Shown in pieces: positions 50,728 to 63,523 of a DNA stretch of 64,000 bases. The stretch is from Felis catus. Taxonomy: Eukaryota. Positions within the stretch are counted from its first letter, which is position 1; each line of letters begins with the position of its first letter. The notes below the pieces were generated by a model, which did not search any database, was not told the DNA's origin, and was given only the letters and a program-made list of their open reading frames with translations. The stretch is taken from NCBI RefSeq assembly GCF_018350175.1, contig NC_058368.1, positions 175,648,001 to 175,712,000 on the forward strand, read 5' to 3'. Position numbers and translations under genes: made by a program.

Positions 50728-50936
50728 TTTTTTCAACGTTTATTTATTTTTGGGACAGAGAGAGACAGAGCATGAACGGGGGAGGGGCAGAGAGAGAGGG
50801 AGACACAGAATCGGAAACAGGCTCCAGGCTCTGAGCCATCAGCCCAGAGCCTGACGCAGGGCTCGAACTCCCGGACTGCGAGATCGTGACCTGGCTGAAG
50901 TCGGACGCTTAACCGACTGCGCCACCCAGGTGCCCC
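50728..50936 (-). mobile_element. Young full-length SINEC_Fc
   Basis: Perfect TSD atgtcatagttaatttt at 50711-50727 and 50938-50954. Confidence 0.98.
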
Positions 50937-50938
50937 AA

Positions 50939-51224
50939 TGTCATAGTTAATTTTATGTGTCAACTTGGTGGGTGTTTTTGGAGGGGGGTTAACATTTAAA
51001 TCAGTGAACTTTGGGCAAAACAGATTGCCCTTTATAATGTGGGTGAGCCTCATTGAATCAGTCGAAGGCTGCCTTCCAAGCAAGAGGGAATTCTTCAGAA
51101 GACTGCCTTTGGAATTCACCTGCACCACTGGCTTTCCTGCGTCTTCAGTCTGCCAGCCCATACTGCAGAGTTTGGACTTGCCAGCCAATTCCTTATAATA
51201 AATTTCTTTCTCTTTATCTCCCTG

Positions 51225-51265
<41 letters not shown>

Positions 51266-51337
51266 CATCACACAGATAGATGTACATGCCTACACATCCT
51301 ACTGGTTTTGTTTCTCTGGTGAACTCTGAGTAATACA
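50939..51337 (+). mobile_element. ERVL solo LTR (MLT2D-like) containing (CA)n at about 51226-51263
   Basis: tgtcatagttaattttatgtgtcaacttgg...cagattgccctttataatgtgggtg...tctctggtgaactctgagtaataca. Confidence 0.9.
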
Positions 51338-52374
51338 AAGGTTATCATTAGCTGCTTCTTGAATATATAGGAGAAAAATGAATTTGTTTTCTGCAAGAGT
51401 CAGGAATAAATGCAGTGTTTAAAGAAGGAATGTGGCAAAGTCAAGGTGGCATTTGATGAGAGTCTTCCTTGTCATGAGACATCTGAGACACTGGAATGTT
51501 GAACAGGGGAGGAGGTGGCTTTAAAGAAGCCTTAAGTTGAGTGCGGGGTGGGCCACACTAGGTCCCAGCTGGGCTGGCTGCAGGGGAGGGAGAAGGGCGG
51601 ACTCTCACAGTGGTAACAGATAGGACCAACTGCACTTGGCTGCGGATGGTGGGGAGATCAGGAGACGAGCGGGTCAGCTAAATGGCCAGGCTGGCGCCCT
51701 GGGGAGCACGAATGGGAGTGGCCGTGGTTGGTGGCAGGAAAGACAAGAAGTTTCTGGCGCACAGTGATGAGTTCATAATGGGACCCTGCTTGATTGTACT
51801 TAGTTGTCGGGCGTCAAGGGGGGAATGGGCCAGACACGTTGAGGAACGCGGAACCCTAAATAAGAGGGGCCCCATCGGGAGCTCTGAGAGTAGACGAGCT
51901 CCCCAATGAGAAGGACAGAGCCTGCAACAGATCCCTGGGGACCAGGCCTGGGGCGACAAGAAGCCAACAAGGGAAAGGAAAGAGGCCTGGCTGGCAATAC
52001 CAGGCAAGTCCTGCCAACGAGCAGAGGCTCATTCCCGAGAACCCCTTCTTAGGCGACACAGGTGCAGCGAGATGAGCCTGAGCTCCCTCACACCCCACTG
52101 GGTGACCTTGGGCATGACTTCACTTCTCTAAGCCGTTTCCTCATCTGTAAGTTGTGGGTAGTAATTGCCACCCCACAGAGTTACTGTAAAGATCAGATGG
52201 GATTATAATTGTTAAGTAGCAGGCACATAATAGGTGTTTAATAAACCTCCTGGACTGCCTGTTGGCAGATGTCTAGCCTGAGCACGCAGCCCATCCTGCC
52301 CTGTCTACAGGGAAGCGCATACCGGCCTTTTCCGCGTAGTCACTCACTCCCCACACACACACCTCTGGGTGGCA

Positions 52375-52505
52375 CGAGTATTATCCCATTTTTGCAGATG
52401 TGGAAACTGAGGCTCAGAGACCTACCCAAAGGCCCACAGCTCTGAAGTGCTGGAGCTGAATTTCAGCGCCAGGCTGCTGAATTCCAGAGCCCGCTCGGCC
52501 ACCCT
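52375..52505 (-). mobile_element. MIR
   Basis: ttatcccatttttgcagatgtggaaactgaggctcagaga. Confidence 0.85.
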
Positions 52506-53959
52506 GTGCTCGGCCACCCTGTGAGATTCCGCACCCAGACCGTGAGCTCCTCGGGGGCAGGGAAGGCCTCCCTGAGAATCTAGCACTGTACCTGCCCTGG
52601 TAAGAGTGAGAGAGGCTCTGCAGGGAATTCACACGGGGCACTGGAAAAGAGCAGGACTCAGCGCCCCCTCGGGGCCCTCGATGCAGCTTCTTCTAGCACT
52701 CGGGGGCCGTGCCTGGAACTACGACTGTCAGGGAGACATGACACATACAAGAGACAGAGAGTACTATGGGAGACAGATGGCCAGATCTACCTGGGGCCAG
52801 GGGCCGGGCTCTGAATGTTGAACCCATCGCATACTAACTTAGGGGACCCTGGTTACAGAACACGCTGGGCTCAGTTACAGATAAAAGGCAGACCATGAAA
52901 ATACAAGCCACACAGGGCTGGGTAATAGAGGCGGGGCCTCCTACACAGTCAGTGCTGAACGAATGTTCCTCATTTTAAGGTGAAGCCTAGAAATGAAGGA
53001 CAACAGCTGCCACTTGTCAGGGATCTGACAGGTTCCAGGCCCTGTCTGCATTATATTCACGGACCACACCACCTGCCTGGGGCGGAGGGAGGGGGGGGGC
53101 AGGAGTTCTTACTCCTTGTTACTGACGGATGGGGAAGCTAAGGGACAGAGAGGGCAAGGGAGTGCCCCAGCGCACACAGCTGGATGACAAAGCCGACATG
53201 CTGTTTTCTGACTCAAAACGCCACACCCTCTCCTGTCCTCAATAGATCACAGAATGTTGAAGGGGCACACAGACCTGTTTGCCAGATGGTAGAGAGCACA
53301 AACAAGGTCAGAGGAAGAGGTGGAGGAGAGGGGGAATGGAGGAGGAGGGCAGGGGAGGAGACACCCTCCCTGGCAGGATCCCAGGGAGAGGCGTTTTAGA
53401 GATGCTCTATCACTCCATGCCATCATTATCCCCATTTCCCAGATGACGACTGTGAGGTTTAGCCAAGTAAAGGACCCTGCCCGAGGTCACACAGCCAGTA
53501 GTCACCCAGCCAGATTAGAACCAGATCTGCCTCTAAACTCACTGAATGTGAAGCCCTCCTTCTCCACCCAGAGGCCCCCGGGGGGCCTGGCAGGTAAATG
53601 CAGTAGAAGGAGGGGGGAGCGGTGTCCCACAGGTGTCCCGAGACATGCTTGGGGGTCTGGAGTATTCAGGGGACCATGAGGCTGCTAAGCGGACCATGAG
53701 AAGGGTTAGTTTCCTCCCAAGGGAGAAGGGGTGCTGGGGACAGAGCCAGGATTCACTAACCACCCGGGGCCGTGGTGAGCATTACTCTGTAGACTTCCAT
53801 TCTGGTTCCAATCACACCGTCTGCTTTCCGTGTGTCTCCCCACCGGGATGCCGGCTCCTAGAAGGAAGGAACCGGTCTCCGTCTCTGTACCCCTGGCAAT
53901 TCGACCGACTGGCACATAGTAATTGAACTCATATCACATCCGCTGCTCCACACGCCCGC

Positions 53960-54185
53960 CCCATTGCTTGCTATCCTCATACCCTTTGTTTTTCCTCAAA
54001 GAACATGTCCCTAGCTGACATCGGATATTTATTTATGTATTGATTTATTGTCTATCCCCATCGCATATGCTAGACTATGATGTTGAGAGACAGTCTGTTA
54101 AGTACATGACTGCGAGCACCTGGTAGAATTCCTGGCACATGGGAGGCCATCCATAAGTACTTGCCAAATAATTGAATGAATGGTA
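53960..54185 (+). mobile_element. L2 3' end
   Basis: cctggcacatgggaggccatccataagtacttgccaaataattgaatgaatg. Confidence 0.65.
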
Positions 54186-54311
54186 GGCGCTCAATATGGT
54201 TTTTTAAAATCAACGACTGGGCAGCGGCACCACATGCAGGGAAGTTACTGGTGTGATTGCATTTCAGCCTCACACGCAGCTTTGGAGGGAAGAATTAACC
54301 TATTTGAAAAA

Positions 54312-54515
54312 TGTTTTAATGTTTATTTATTTCTTTTGACAGAGAGAGTGTGGGAGAGGCAGGGAGAGAAAGAGAGAGAGACATAGAATCCCAGGCAGGC
54401 TCCGTGCGGTCAGCGCAGAGCCCGATGCGGGGCTCGAACCCACAAACCGGAGATCGTGACCTGAGCTGGAATCAAGAGTCGGACGCTTAATCAACTAAGC
54501 TACCCAGACAGCCCC
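54312..54515 (-). mobile_element. CAN-SINE
   Basis: gcggggctcgaacccacaaaccggagatcgtgacctgagc. Confidence 0.92.
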
Positions 54516-56765
54516 AGAATTCCCTACTTTTACAGATGAGACCAGAGAGAAGTGACTCGCCCACGGTGTCATGTCTAGTTGATGGGAGAGGTGGGGCTTA
54601 AGCCCTGTTCTGTCTGACTTCAGGGCCTGCACCTGTTCTACTAGGCTGCCTCTAACCTAATGGGGAAATCAGGAGACAAGGCATTGCTTCCCCAGGAGGA
54701 CATGTGGCCTCGTTTTCTGGTTAGCTCACGAGATTTGTGAGCTAGTCATCAGAGGATAAGGACCAAGCATGCTGACGTAAAGAAAACACCAGCTGCACCT
54801 GTTTCGTGAGCACCTACGAGCAGTGGATGAGGTAACTGGCCTCATCGGGAAGCCTTGTAACAGCTCCGTCGCTTTCATTTCCCGATTTTACAGAGGCTCA
54901 GAGAGGTGAGGTAACTCATCTCAGGCCACAGCACAAGCTCTTGAGAGAGCCGGGCAGAGATCTGACCTCAGCTCTGCTTGACTCCAAAGTCTGTGTTTTT
55001 CCCGAGCTGTTTCTCTTTATGTTTTAAGCATGCACTGGCAGGGCCTGGAGCCAAACTGCAAAGCCATCCCATAGGCATCTGGTCTTATCCTATTTCCATC
55101 GGATTTCAGATCCTTGGTAGCAAGTTTCAACTTCAGTGTGAGCGTAACACTTTTGACTTCAGTCTGGAGACTGAAACACCATGGCGGGGGGGGGGGGTCC
55201 AATCAAATAAACCTCTGAAGGAAATTCAAGCATTTGGGGTGAAGATTGGGTATAATCCATAACCATCATCCTACCTACCCAGTGCCGCCCCCGCTTCCTA
55301 GGTACTACTCTGTCCCCACTCCAGCCTCCGACCTCCAGCTCAAAAAACCTGGCTCCCCAATCTCTGCTGATTGGTCCAGACTGAGCCAATCATGGTCCAT
55401 GACTACCTCAAGCCCAGGTTTTGATTGGTCCAATCCAGAGCAATCAGAGACCTTCTCCAGTTTTTCAACAGGAACTGAGGGAAGAACTTAGCCCCTCTCT
55501 GGTGATAGGATGTGTAAGATCCTATCAACTCAAGAAGTCAGAGGTAACGAATTCTCAGAGAGCTATCTGAAGGTTGAGGCAACCTGCCTGTATCCGTGAG
55601 AACACATGAGGCTGAGACGGGGCGTCCTGTGTGGATGCACCATTCAGTGCCACAGTGCACCTGCCTCTCCCAGGGAGTTCTCCGTGGAAATGCTGCCCAC
55701 ACACGGGCCACCCTCACTTCCGTCCCACAACCTCTCATAGGTTTTACTCTCCCCCGCGTCCCTAGCCTGAACCTCATCCAGGTGGTCCTGGAACGGCAAA
55801 ACCCAGAATTCGTGGCTGAGCCCAGAGCCCTTCTGCTTTTATCTGAAATCCACCTCCAAAAAAGACCCTCCCACCGAGGTCTACTCCCTTTGTCCTCGGG
55901 AGGCCAGCCATGCTGTGCATGCCTTCTCTCCGTCTCACAGGTACATCCCCACTTATGGGCACAAATTCAGACATCACAGAATACGTTTGTGTCCTTGAAT
56001 CCAGACCTCCCGCTGCCACTCATCCGCGCGCACACTCTCCCACATCAGTCACACGGACACAGAAGCATCTGCAAATGCCCGCGACGTCACACACGCGCAC
56101 CATTCACACGTGCCTCTCCTACGGGACAGCTGGCTTTCCCTGGGAAGGACTTGTACCCCGGAAGGTGCAAAGCCAAGAGAGCAGGAGGAAGTTAGTAACG
56201 GATGGTGGGCTGGGGTAGGAGAGGAACACGTGGCAGAAGCAGAAATGTGCTTCGTGTCCACGATGATGCAAGAAGGAGGCGACACTGCTATGGATGCCGC
56301 TCCGGGTGACGCTAACAGCTCCCTTTGCTGAACACTCTCTGTGCCAGCCCTGTGCTAAGCGAGCTTTACGCAAAAGACCTTCTCTAGGAGGCCTTCTGCA
56401 GCCCGACCTTGCAAAGCCCACCCGCTTAAACGCACACACCCACCTGCATACATGCATGCACGCAGGTACGTGTGCATATGTGCTCCCTAGCTTGTATGGG
56501 CATCTCCACGCACCTGTGCATGTGAAAGTCAGTTTATGTGTCAAAACAGCGTGCGTTTCTTATTTTTATATTTTTAACTCTTCATCCTTGGACGTATAAA
56601 GGGAACTTTTTGGCTTCTGTAAGTATGCTCTCTACACCTCTAATGTTTTATCATGTGTTTGTACCTTGTACACGGTATTAGCCAATTCTGTACATGGATG
56701 TATTGTACAGAGAAAGAGCATCACTAAATACTCAAGATTTTTACTTTTAAAAAACGTCGAATCCA

Positions 56766-56946
56766 GGGGCACCTGGGTGGCTCAGGTGGTTAAGCGTCTG
56801 ACTTCAGCTCAGGTCAGGATCTCCCGGTTCACGGGTTCGAGCCCCGCAATGGGCTCTGTGCTCCCAGCTCAGAGCCTGGAACGTGCTTTGGATTCTGTGT
56901 CTCCCTCTCTCTCTGCCCCTCCCCCCGCTTGTGCTCTGTCTCTGTC
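56766..56946 (+). mobile_element. CAN-SINE lacking its A-tail
   Basis: Intact 5' end and body; ends abruptly in the CT tract. Confidence 0.92.
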
Positions 56947-58261
56947 AGGGGCCTAGGAGGTGAGTAGTCACTCAGGCACACAGCCATGAGTCACAAGCCA
57001 GGTTCTGGACCGGCCTCTTTGGTTCCCGAACTCGTGCTATCAGTGCCTCGCTCTCCTTAAGCCTGTCTGAGGGAGGGCAAGTTCATTGCCCTTATCTGGA
57101 CGGAGCTTGCTCATCTGCAAAATGAAGGTAAAGGAAATATTCTCTCAAGTTTCCTCCAGCTCAGGGATTGTGTGATTTCACAGCTGACACTTGGCAGGTG
57201 TGAAGAACTCGATATTTGTCAAAGCATTTCCAAATAGCTTACCTGATTTGACTCACATAATCCAGACAGGAACCTGGGGGCTCGGGGCGGTGAATCCAGG
57301 GCCTGAGTCCCATCCCGGGTTAGTGGTAGGGCTGGCCCCAGGGTCACGGGTTACCAGGGCGGCACAGACTTCCAGCCTCCTCCATCCATCAGCAGGCTTG
57401 GCTCGCTACCCTAGAGATGTAACAACCCTTGCTACCTCAGTTTCTCTCTCCTTCTTTCATTCAACTTCTCTCGATGAACACCTATCACATGCCAGGCACT
57501 GCACCAGCCTCAAGGGGTGTAGGCCGTCTCTGCCCGTACAAGCTTGCTTTCCAGAAGAGGAGCAGACAAACCGCACCTGTGTGCGGTCAGTGGGCTGAAG
57601 GCGACCCTTAGGAACACACGGGCGGGGCCCCTCGGGGTCCAGGAAGACTTTCCCAAAGAGAAATCAGTGCCTTTCCTGAGCCCAGTGGGCTGGCAGGAAA
57701 AAATAAAGTGAGTGCGGGATGGAATACTGCGGGGCTGAGGCCCAGAGGCCAGTAAGCCAGGACCCTGCGAGAATTCGCTCTGTCCACCAGTCGCCTCTGG
57801 GGACACAACGCTGCACATCCAGTGCCTCTGAGGCCACTGCCTCCTGTCAGGAGGGAGTTCCTTCTAACCCCTTCACCCAAAGGCTGGCTGTTGCCAGACT
57901 CACAGGTCCCTCCCATATTTCCTCTGCCTGGCCTGCCTCCCTAAATCTCCAGGGAAGCAGGATTCATCCTGGGCCTGATTTATTAGCCTCGTCCTGGAAT
58001 CATCCCAGATGCTGTCGCTGGTCTCATTTACTGACCTGCCCGAGGGCCGGAGAAGGAAATTCATTAGGCCAGGCAGAGCTGGCGGCCAGGCCCATCTGTC
58101 TGGGCATCTGTCCCCTTTCTCCCCCTGCCCCCTCCACCTCCTCCCCTTCTATCCTCTCCACCTGCAAAGGGAATTTTGTGCCTGCAACCCAGTTCAGGAT
58201 CACCACGGCAATGACACCACTGAGCCGACTGGTCCCCTGGGAAGGATCCAGACCCAGGAGT

Positions 58262-58294
58262 AGGAGGAGGAGGAGGAGGAGGAGGAGAAGGAGG
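58262..58294. repeat. (AGG)n trinucleotide repeat
   Basis: Direct reading. Confidence 0.95.
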
Positions 58295-58559
58295 CAGAGG
58301 CCAGGGAGCTCACCCAGAGCTTTGCAGCCAGCCTCCCGCATTGCATTCCCAGGCTGCCCTGACCCAGGACACAATGCATTTTCCACTGGGGCTGTGGAAA
58401 CCTCTCTCCCAGTAACTGATGGCAGGTACACCAGACCTGCCCGTTTGTATGCAAACCGTGTCTTCCTGAGCAAGCTGTATGGAAATCAAATCTTTTGACG
58501 CAGACTGCTACCTTTAAAGCGGAAGGCAAGAGGGCACTTCTTCCCAGCACGGGGCAAGC

Positions 58560-58815
58560 AATATGATGTTAAGGAGTATAGGAATCAAGGCGTTTTATTT
58601 AAGTATGTACTAAATAAATTTTTAATTCAAATGTATAATTAGCATCGCTAATCCTTGATTACATTAGTTGCCATTGTTTTTGAATAAAGCTTAAATAGGT
58701 ATTTACATTTTTAAAAGCAGACCAATTTTTTAATGCTAAGTAAATAATAGTTATAGGAGATGCACAGATTTGACGAAAATACTAGAGTCGAGGACACAGT
58801 GTTTTAAAAGAACAG
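58560..58815. mobile_element. AT-rich ancient hAT-Charlie-like fragment
   Basis: Abrupt AT-rich block with taagtaaataatagt...cagatttgacgaaaat motif. Confidence 0.4.
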
Positions 58816-59259
58816 GGCAGGGAATGCACTGCCAAGGTTACATTTTTCTTGACGTGGAGCAAACCTTGATTAAGCCAGTCTATTTCGTGGAGGGAAATTG
58901 CAACCCCAGGTAACTTGCTAAGCCAGCACCTGCTCTCCTCAGCCTGCAGAGGGGAAAGCACTTGAACCAGAAATCGCATGTGTGCAGTGACCCCCGAGTT
59001 TAAGCAAATATGGCCTCAGGCCTCGGTAAATGTTTAGCCTCAGTGACTGGCTGGCAGAGAGGCAAGGCCCGAGGACCTCTGTCCCTGACAGCTGGCACCA
59101 TGGGAGCCAGCTGGGACAATGGAGGTGGGGAGGGAATGCCCGAGTCCCTTCTCTCCTTGGTGACACCTTCTGATCTAAGGAGAGACCCTTACAAGCTACA
59201 GGAACAAATGAGGGGCAGTGTTGGCAGCTTTTTCTCTGTTGGTAATATCCTGGAGCCAA

Positions 59260-59764
59260 AACGCACACATACACACACACACACACACACATACACACAC
59301 ACAGCAATCATCGAGCACAGTCACCTCCATCTGTATGCACAGACACGTGGCCTGCATAGTCACAAGTATACATTTACATGCAGACATACTGACTCAAACA
59401 CAGAGATGTAGATACAGAAACACATGCCCCCCCCCCCCCCCAAATGCTTACCTAGATACAGCAACATACCTTCCTGGCTGTTTCATACAGATGAAGTCAC
59501 ATTTCACATGATTCATTTCATACACACTTAGATACAATAACCACACTCACAGTCACCTTCATGCAGCATTAACACAGAGATAAATATGCATGCAGACATG
59601 TCTGCCTGGATATTCAAACACAGGCAAATATATAGAGAAAGAAAAACACCACATACACAAGGAAAGACACTGTACACAAAGACACACAGCCACTTACACA
59701 CTTCTATGCACATCCATAGATCCACTATGACACACACACAGGTAACTACACATATAGGTGATCT

Positions 59765-59805
<41 letters not shown>

Positions 59806-59815
59806 TGCAAATATA
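59260..59815. repeat. CA-rich low-complexity tract with two (CA)n microsatellites and a poly-C run
   Basis: Direct reading. Confidence 0.9.
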
Positions 59816-60234
59816 TATTCTCAGCTGTAGTGCAGACCAGCCTACCTTTGGCTTGATAATGTCACATCAGATGTAATAGGATACACCTCTCACGTGTCAC
59901 TTCTGCTGCTGCCAGCATCCCAGCTTCAGAAGATGCCCAGAAGCCGGGCCTGAGCCCAGGTGTCTGGGTGCAGAGAGGAAGACATCCCTGCCCCCTTGTC
60001 ACTCTCCTTCCCCACCTCCCACCAAGGAGCTCAGGGGCTGAGGGCATCAGAGGGAGACCCCCCGCTACTGTCCCAGGCATTCCTGGGAGGGACCAGTACC
60101 ACATCAGGCCCTCCCCTCACCCCACACAAGCCTTTGGTACATGGTTTGCATTAGACGTCCCACCTGCTGCTATAGCATGAGGCCAGTTGACACATGGGCA
60201 CTCAGTCACAGGGACAGAGAAGAGAAGGGGGCAC

Positions 60235-60469
60235 TAGTGACCATTTGGGGTCATGGAGTCAAATAGACCAGAGTTCAAATGCTTCCTCTAGCACTCCATA
60301 GCTATGGATCTTGAGCAGGTCACTTCAGCCCTGTAAGCCTCAGTCTCCTCATCTGTAAAGTGGGCATGATGATAATAACCTAGCTCAAAGAATAGCATGA
60401 GGACTAAATCAGATAATGCACATAGAACCCCTAGCCCAGCTCTCATCACAGAGTATGCACATCATAAGC
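60235..60469 (+). mobile_element. MIR, near full length
   Basis: ggagtcaaatagacc...gcctcagtctcctcatctgtaaagtggg. Confidence 0.85.
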
Positions 60470-60697
60470 CAGAATTTCTCAACCTTGGTGCTATGGACAT
60501 TTGGAGCCAGATAATTCTTTGTTGTGTGTGTATGGTTGGGAACTGTCCTGGGCAATGTAGGACAGTTAGCAGTATCCCTGGCCTCCACCCACTAGGTGCC
60601 AGTGGCACCCCCATCCAAGCTGTGACAACAAAAAACGTCTCCAGACATTACCAAACATCCCCTGGGGAGCAAAATCTCCCCATGTTGAGAATCACTG
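60470..60697 (-). mobile_element. MER20 abutting or inserted in the MIR 3' end
   Basis: cagaatttctcaaccttggtgctatggacatttgg...gttgagaatcactg. Confidence 0.9.
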
Positions 60698-61278
60698 CTT
60701 TAACTGTTGAATCTTATTTTTGTTGTTGCTATGACCGTTTTCATCATCATCAGTACCATATTAGCTAGAAGGCAATCAGAACAGAGAGGGGACCCAGAGG
60801 AGGATAAGAAGATACTCTTCTTCCAGTAGTCACTTCCCTCCTGTCTCCTCATTCTCCCCTGGCCTTTCTCTGCTTTTGCTCCTGAAGCCACCTCTCCAGG
60901 CCATATCCACCTCTCTGAGCAGCAGGAGGGAAGGCACTGAGGTACGTGCAAGCGGGAGGGGGGTGGGGTTGGAATTGCTCCCTGAGGATAAGCAGACTGT
61001 CCAGAATAAACTACCTGTCCCAGAACTGGCCTCGTGGGAGGAAGTGCAGGGTGCTTCCAACTTCTGGGTGTACTTGGGTGGGGTGAAGGTGAGCGGCCAG
61101 GACCAGGGAAGTCAGGACCAAAGAAAGCCACATCAGAAAGCAAGGGGGTAAAACAAATGCCTTCCTGAAAAATAACCTCATTGTATCTATTAAAATACAA
61201 AATATTCCTATCTGTTGACCAGGTAATTAACACAATTCAAAGTAAGATGACGTACACTTTGTAATTAAAAACAAAGGT

Positions 61279-61512
61279 GGGGTGTCTGGGTGGCTCAGTC
61301 GGTTGGGCATCTGACTTTGGCTCAGGTCACGATCTCATGGTTCATGGGTTCGAGCCCCGTGTCGGGCTCTGTGCTGCAGCTCAGAGCCTGGAGCCTGCTT
61401 CAGATTCTGTCTCCTTCTCTCTCTCTCTCTGCATCTCCCGCCCCCGCCCCCCCTTGTGCTCTGTCTTTCTCTCTCTCTCAAAAATAAATAAACATTAAAA
61501 AAAAATTTTTTT
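61279..61512 (+). mobile_element. CAN-SINE
   Basis: gggtggctcagtcgg..., A tail, short TSD aaaggtg. Confidence 0.95.
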
Positions 61513-61849
61513 AAAGGTGAGAAAGTAGCTGGTACTTTATTATATAACCCACTTAAAAAGAAGCCAAAATTTATGAATGTCCAGGAGTTATTTTGTCGTT
61601 AAAGCAGAGAACACAAGTAAAATTGTCAGCAGACTAAATGAATCCCTCCCCCCTTCCTTTTCCGTGGGAAACCCACAGGTTTCAAGCAAAAGAGTGATCC
61701 CCATATGTTGTATTGTTTAAGCCTTGACTTAAGCCACACAATTATACCCATTTCAGAGATAAGCAGACTGGTTCTCCAAGAGGTTCAGTCACTTGCCCAA
61801 GGTTACCTGGGACTCAAATCCAGATCTGTGTGACTCCAAAGCCAGAGAG

Positions 61850-62320
61850 AACTCAAAGCATCTAAAGAACTGAAAATAGGCCAGGGTGGCTGGAACATAG
61901 CGTGTGAGGGCCAGATAATGGAGGGATTTGTAGGTCATGGAGAGAAGCTTGCGTTTTATTGATGGTGCCCTGGGGAGCCACCAACAGGTTTTTAAGCAGA
62001 GGAGTGACAAGGCCAGATCTGCATTTTATAAGGATTCTTCCGGCCCTGCATCAAGAACAGATCGGAAAGGAACAAGGGCGAAACAGGAAGAGCTATGGGG
62101 GGGGGGGGGCTGTGGCGGGGGGGTTACAGACACGGGGCCATAACATATTCACGAGACGTTTCAGGGAGAGCCACGGAATTTGGAAGCAGATTGAATGTGG
62201 GGCTTGAGGGAAAGGAAGAGAAGGAGAATCCCCCGTTTCTGACTTCAACAGCTGAGGAGAAAGCGGTGACGTTTGAAACGCCTGGAGAAAAAGTGATCTG
62301 GGGGAAGCGTTTTAATTAAA
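61850..62320 (-). mobile_element. L2 fragment
   Basis: ggggagccaccaacaggtttttaagcagaggagtgacaaggccagatctgcatttt. Confidence 0.75.
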
Positions 62321-63271
62321 TGGGCCTTGTGGTTTCCGTCCCTGGCCCACATTCGTGTACAGGAACAAGCACACGAACTGCATTAACAGTCACCCCTTCA
62401 TGCAAACTGACGCCCCTTGGACCTGCCCAGGCCTGGTTGAGCCCAAGTTAGGCCACGGAGCTGAGACCCCCCTAGTACATTTGCTATCGTTTACGCCTCT
62501 TGCCTTTTTGTTAAAGCCCTCCAGTCCCCTGCCTTTGCAAGGTTAGAGAGAATCCTCAAGAATCTATACTGGCCCAAGAGCTACCAAACACAGCTCTTTA
62601 GGTGTGCTGGAAACTGGGTAGCAACCTTAAAAGCAACTGAATATATTCCCCTGTCCCGTGAGCATGACCTGAATTATTTAATGACTTGCTTTCACTGGAC
62701 ACAGGAGAATAGAGTGCTTCAGCCAATGGCCTTTGGAGTCAGACTGATTGGGTTTGGTAACCAGCCTCTGCCACATTAATGGCCGTGTGATCTTGGGGGA
62801 GGAAGCACAGGGATTTGCACATAGCAGGGTTTACTTGATGAAGGTAGTAGTGATTTGGGGAAGCTGTGAAAAGAGAATTTCCAGCCAAAGGGGCTCCTAG
62901 AGATCTTCCTCTATATAGATGGGGTAACCTGAGGCCTGCAGAGATGAAGTATCCACACTGGAGGTAAATGCCACACCCTGACCCGCCCCCCTCCCCCAGC
63001 CCAGTCTTCTCTCCAGACCTCCTCTGGGAAGGAGGGGAGCAGCGGGACCCACACGATGTGCATTTTCAGTGAGTTGCAAGATTGGCTTAGGGCGGAGGGG
63101 CACACGGGTATCCCATGGACTGGATGGGTTTTTCCTCATTTGTACCGAGTAAGCAGCACGATGTTTTGAAAATTATCTAAACGAGTTGCTGCAATTTGCA
63201 AATTGGGTGGTTTCATACAAAAATCCAAATTTCTGAATTTTCGGGGGGGGGGATATCAGAAAACGTGGCCA

Positions 63272-63523
63272 AGGGTGCCTGGGTGGCTCAGTCGGCTGAG
63301 CGTCCGACTTCGGCTCAGGTCGTGATCTCACAGTCTGTGAGTTCGAGCCCCGTATCGAGCTCTGTGCTGATGGCTCGGAGCCTGGCGCCTGCTTCTGATT
63401 CTGTGTCTCCCTCTCTCTCTGCCCCTTCCCTGCTCATGCTCTGTCTCTCTCTGTCTCAAAAATAAATAAAAACATTAAGAAAAAAAAATTAAAAAAGAAA
63501 TTTAAAAGAAAAAAAAAAAAAAA
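63272..63523 (+). mobile_element. CAN-SINE inserted in a probable old hAT MER
   Basis: Perfect TSD agaaaacgtggcca at 63258-63271 and 63524-63537. Confidence 0.95.

Noticed and set aside
57719..58498. Longest ORF (259 aa) with a poly-Arg run, and the antisense poly-Leu ORF
   Set aside because: The runs come from the (AGG)n repeat, and the composition is typical of GC-rich non-coding frames with no recognisable domain
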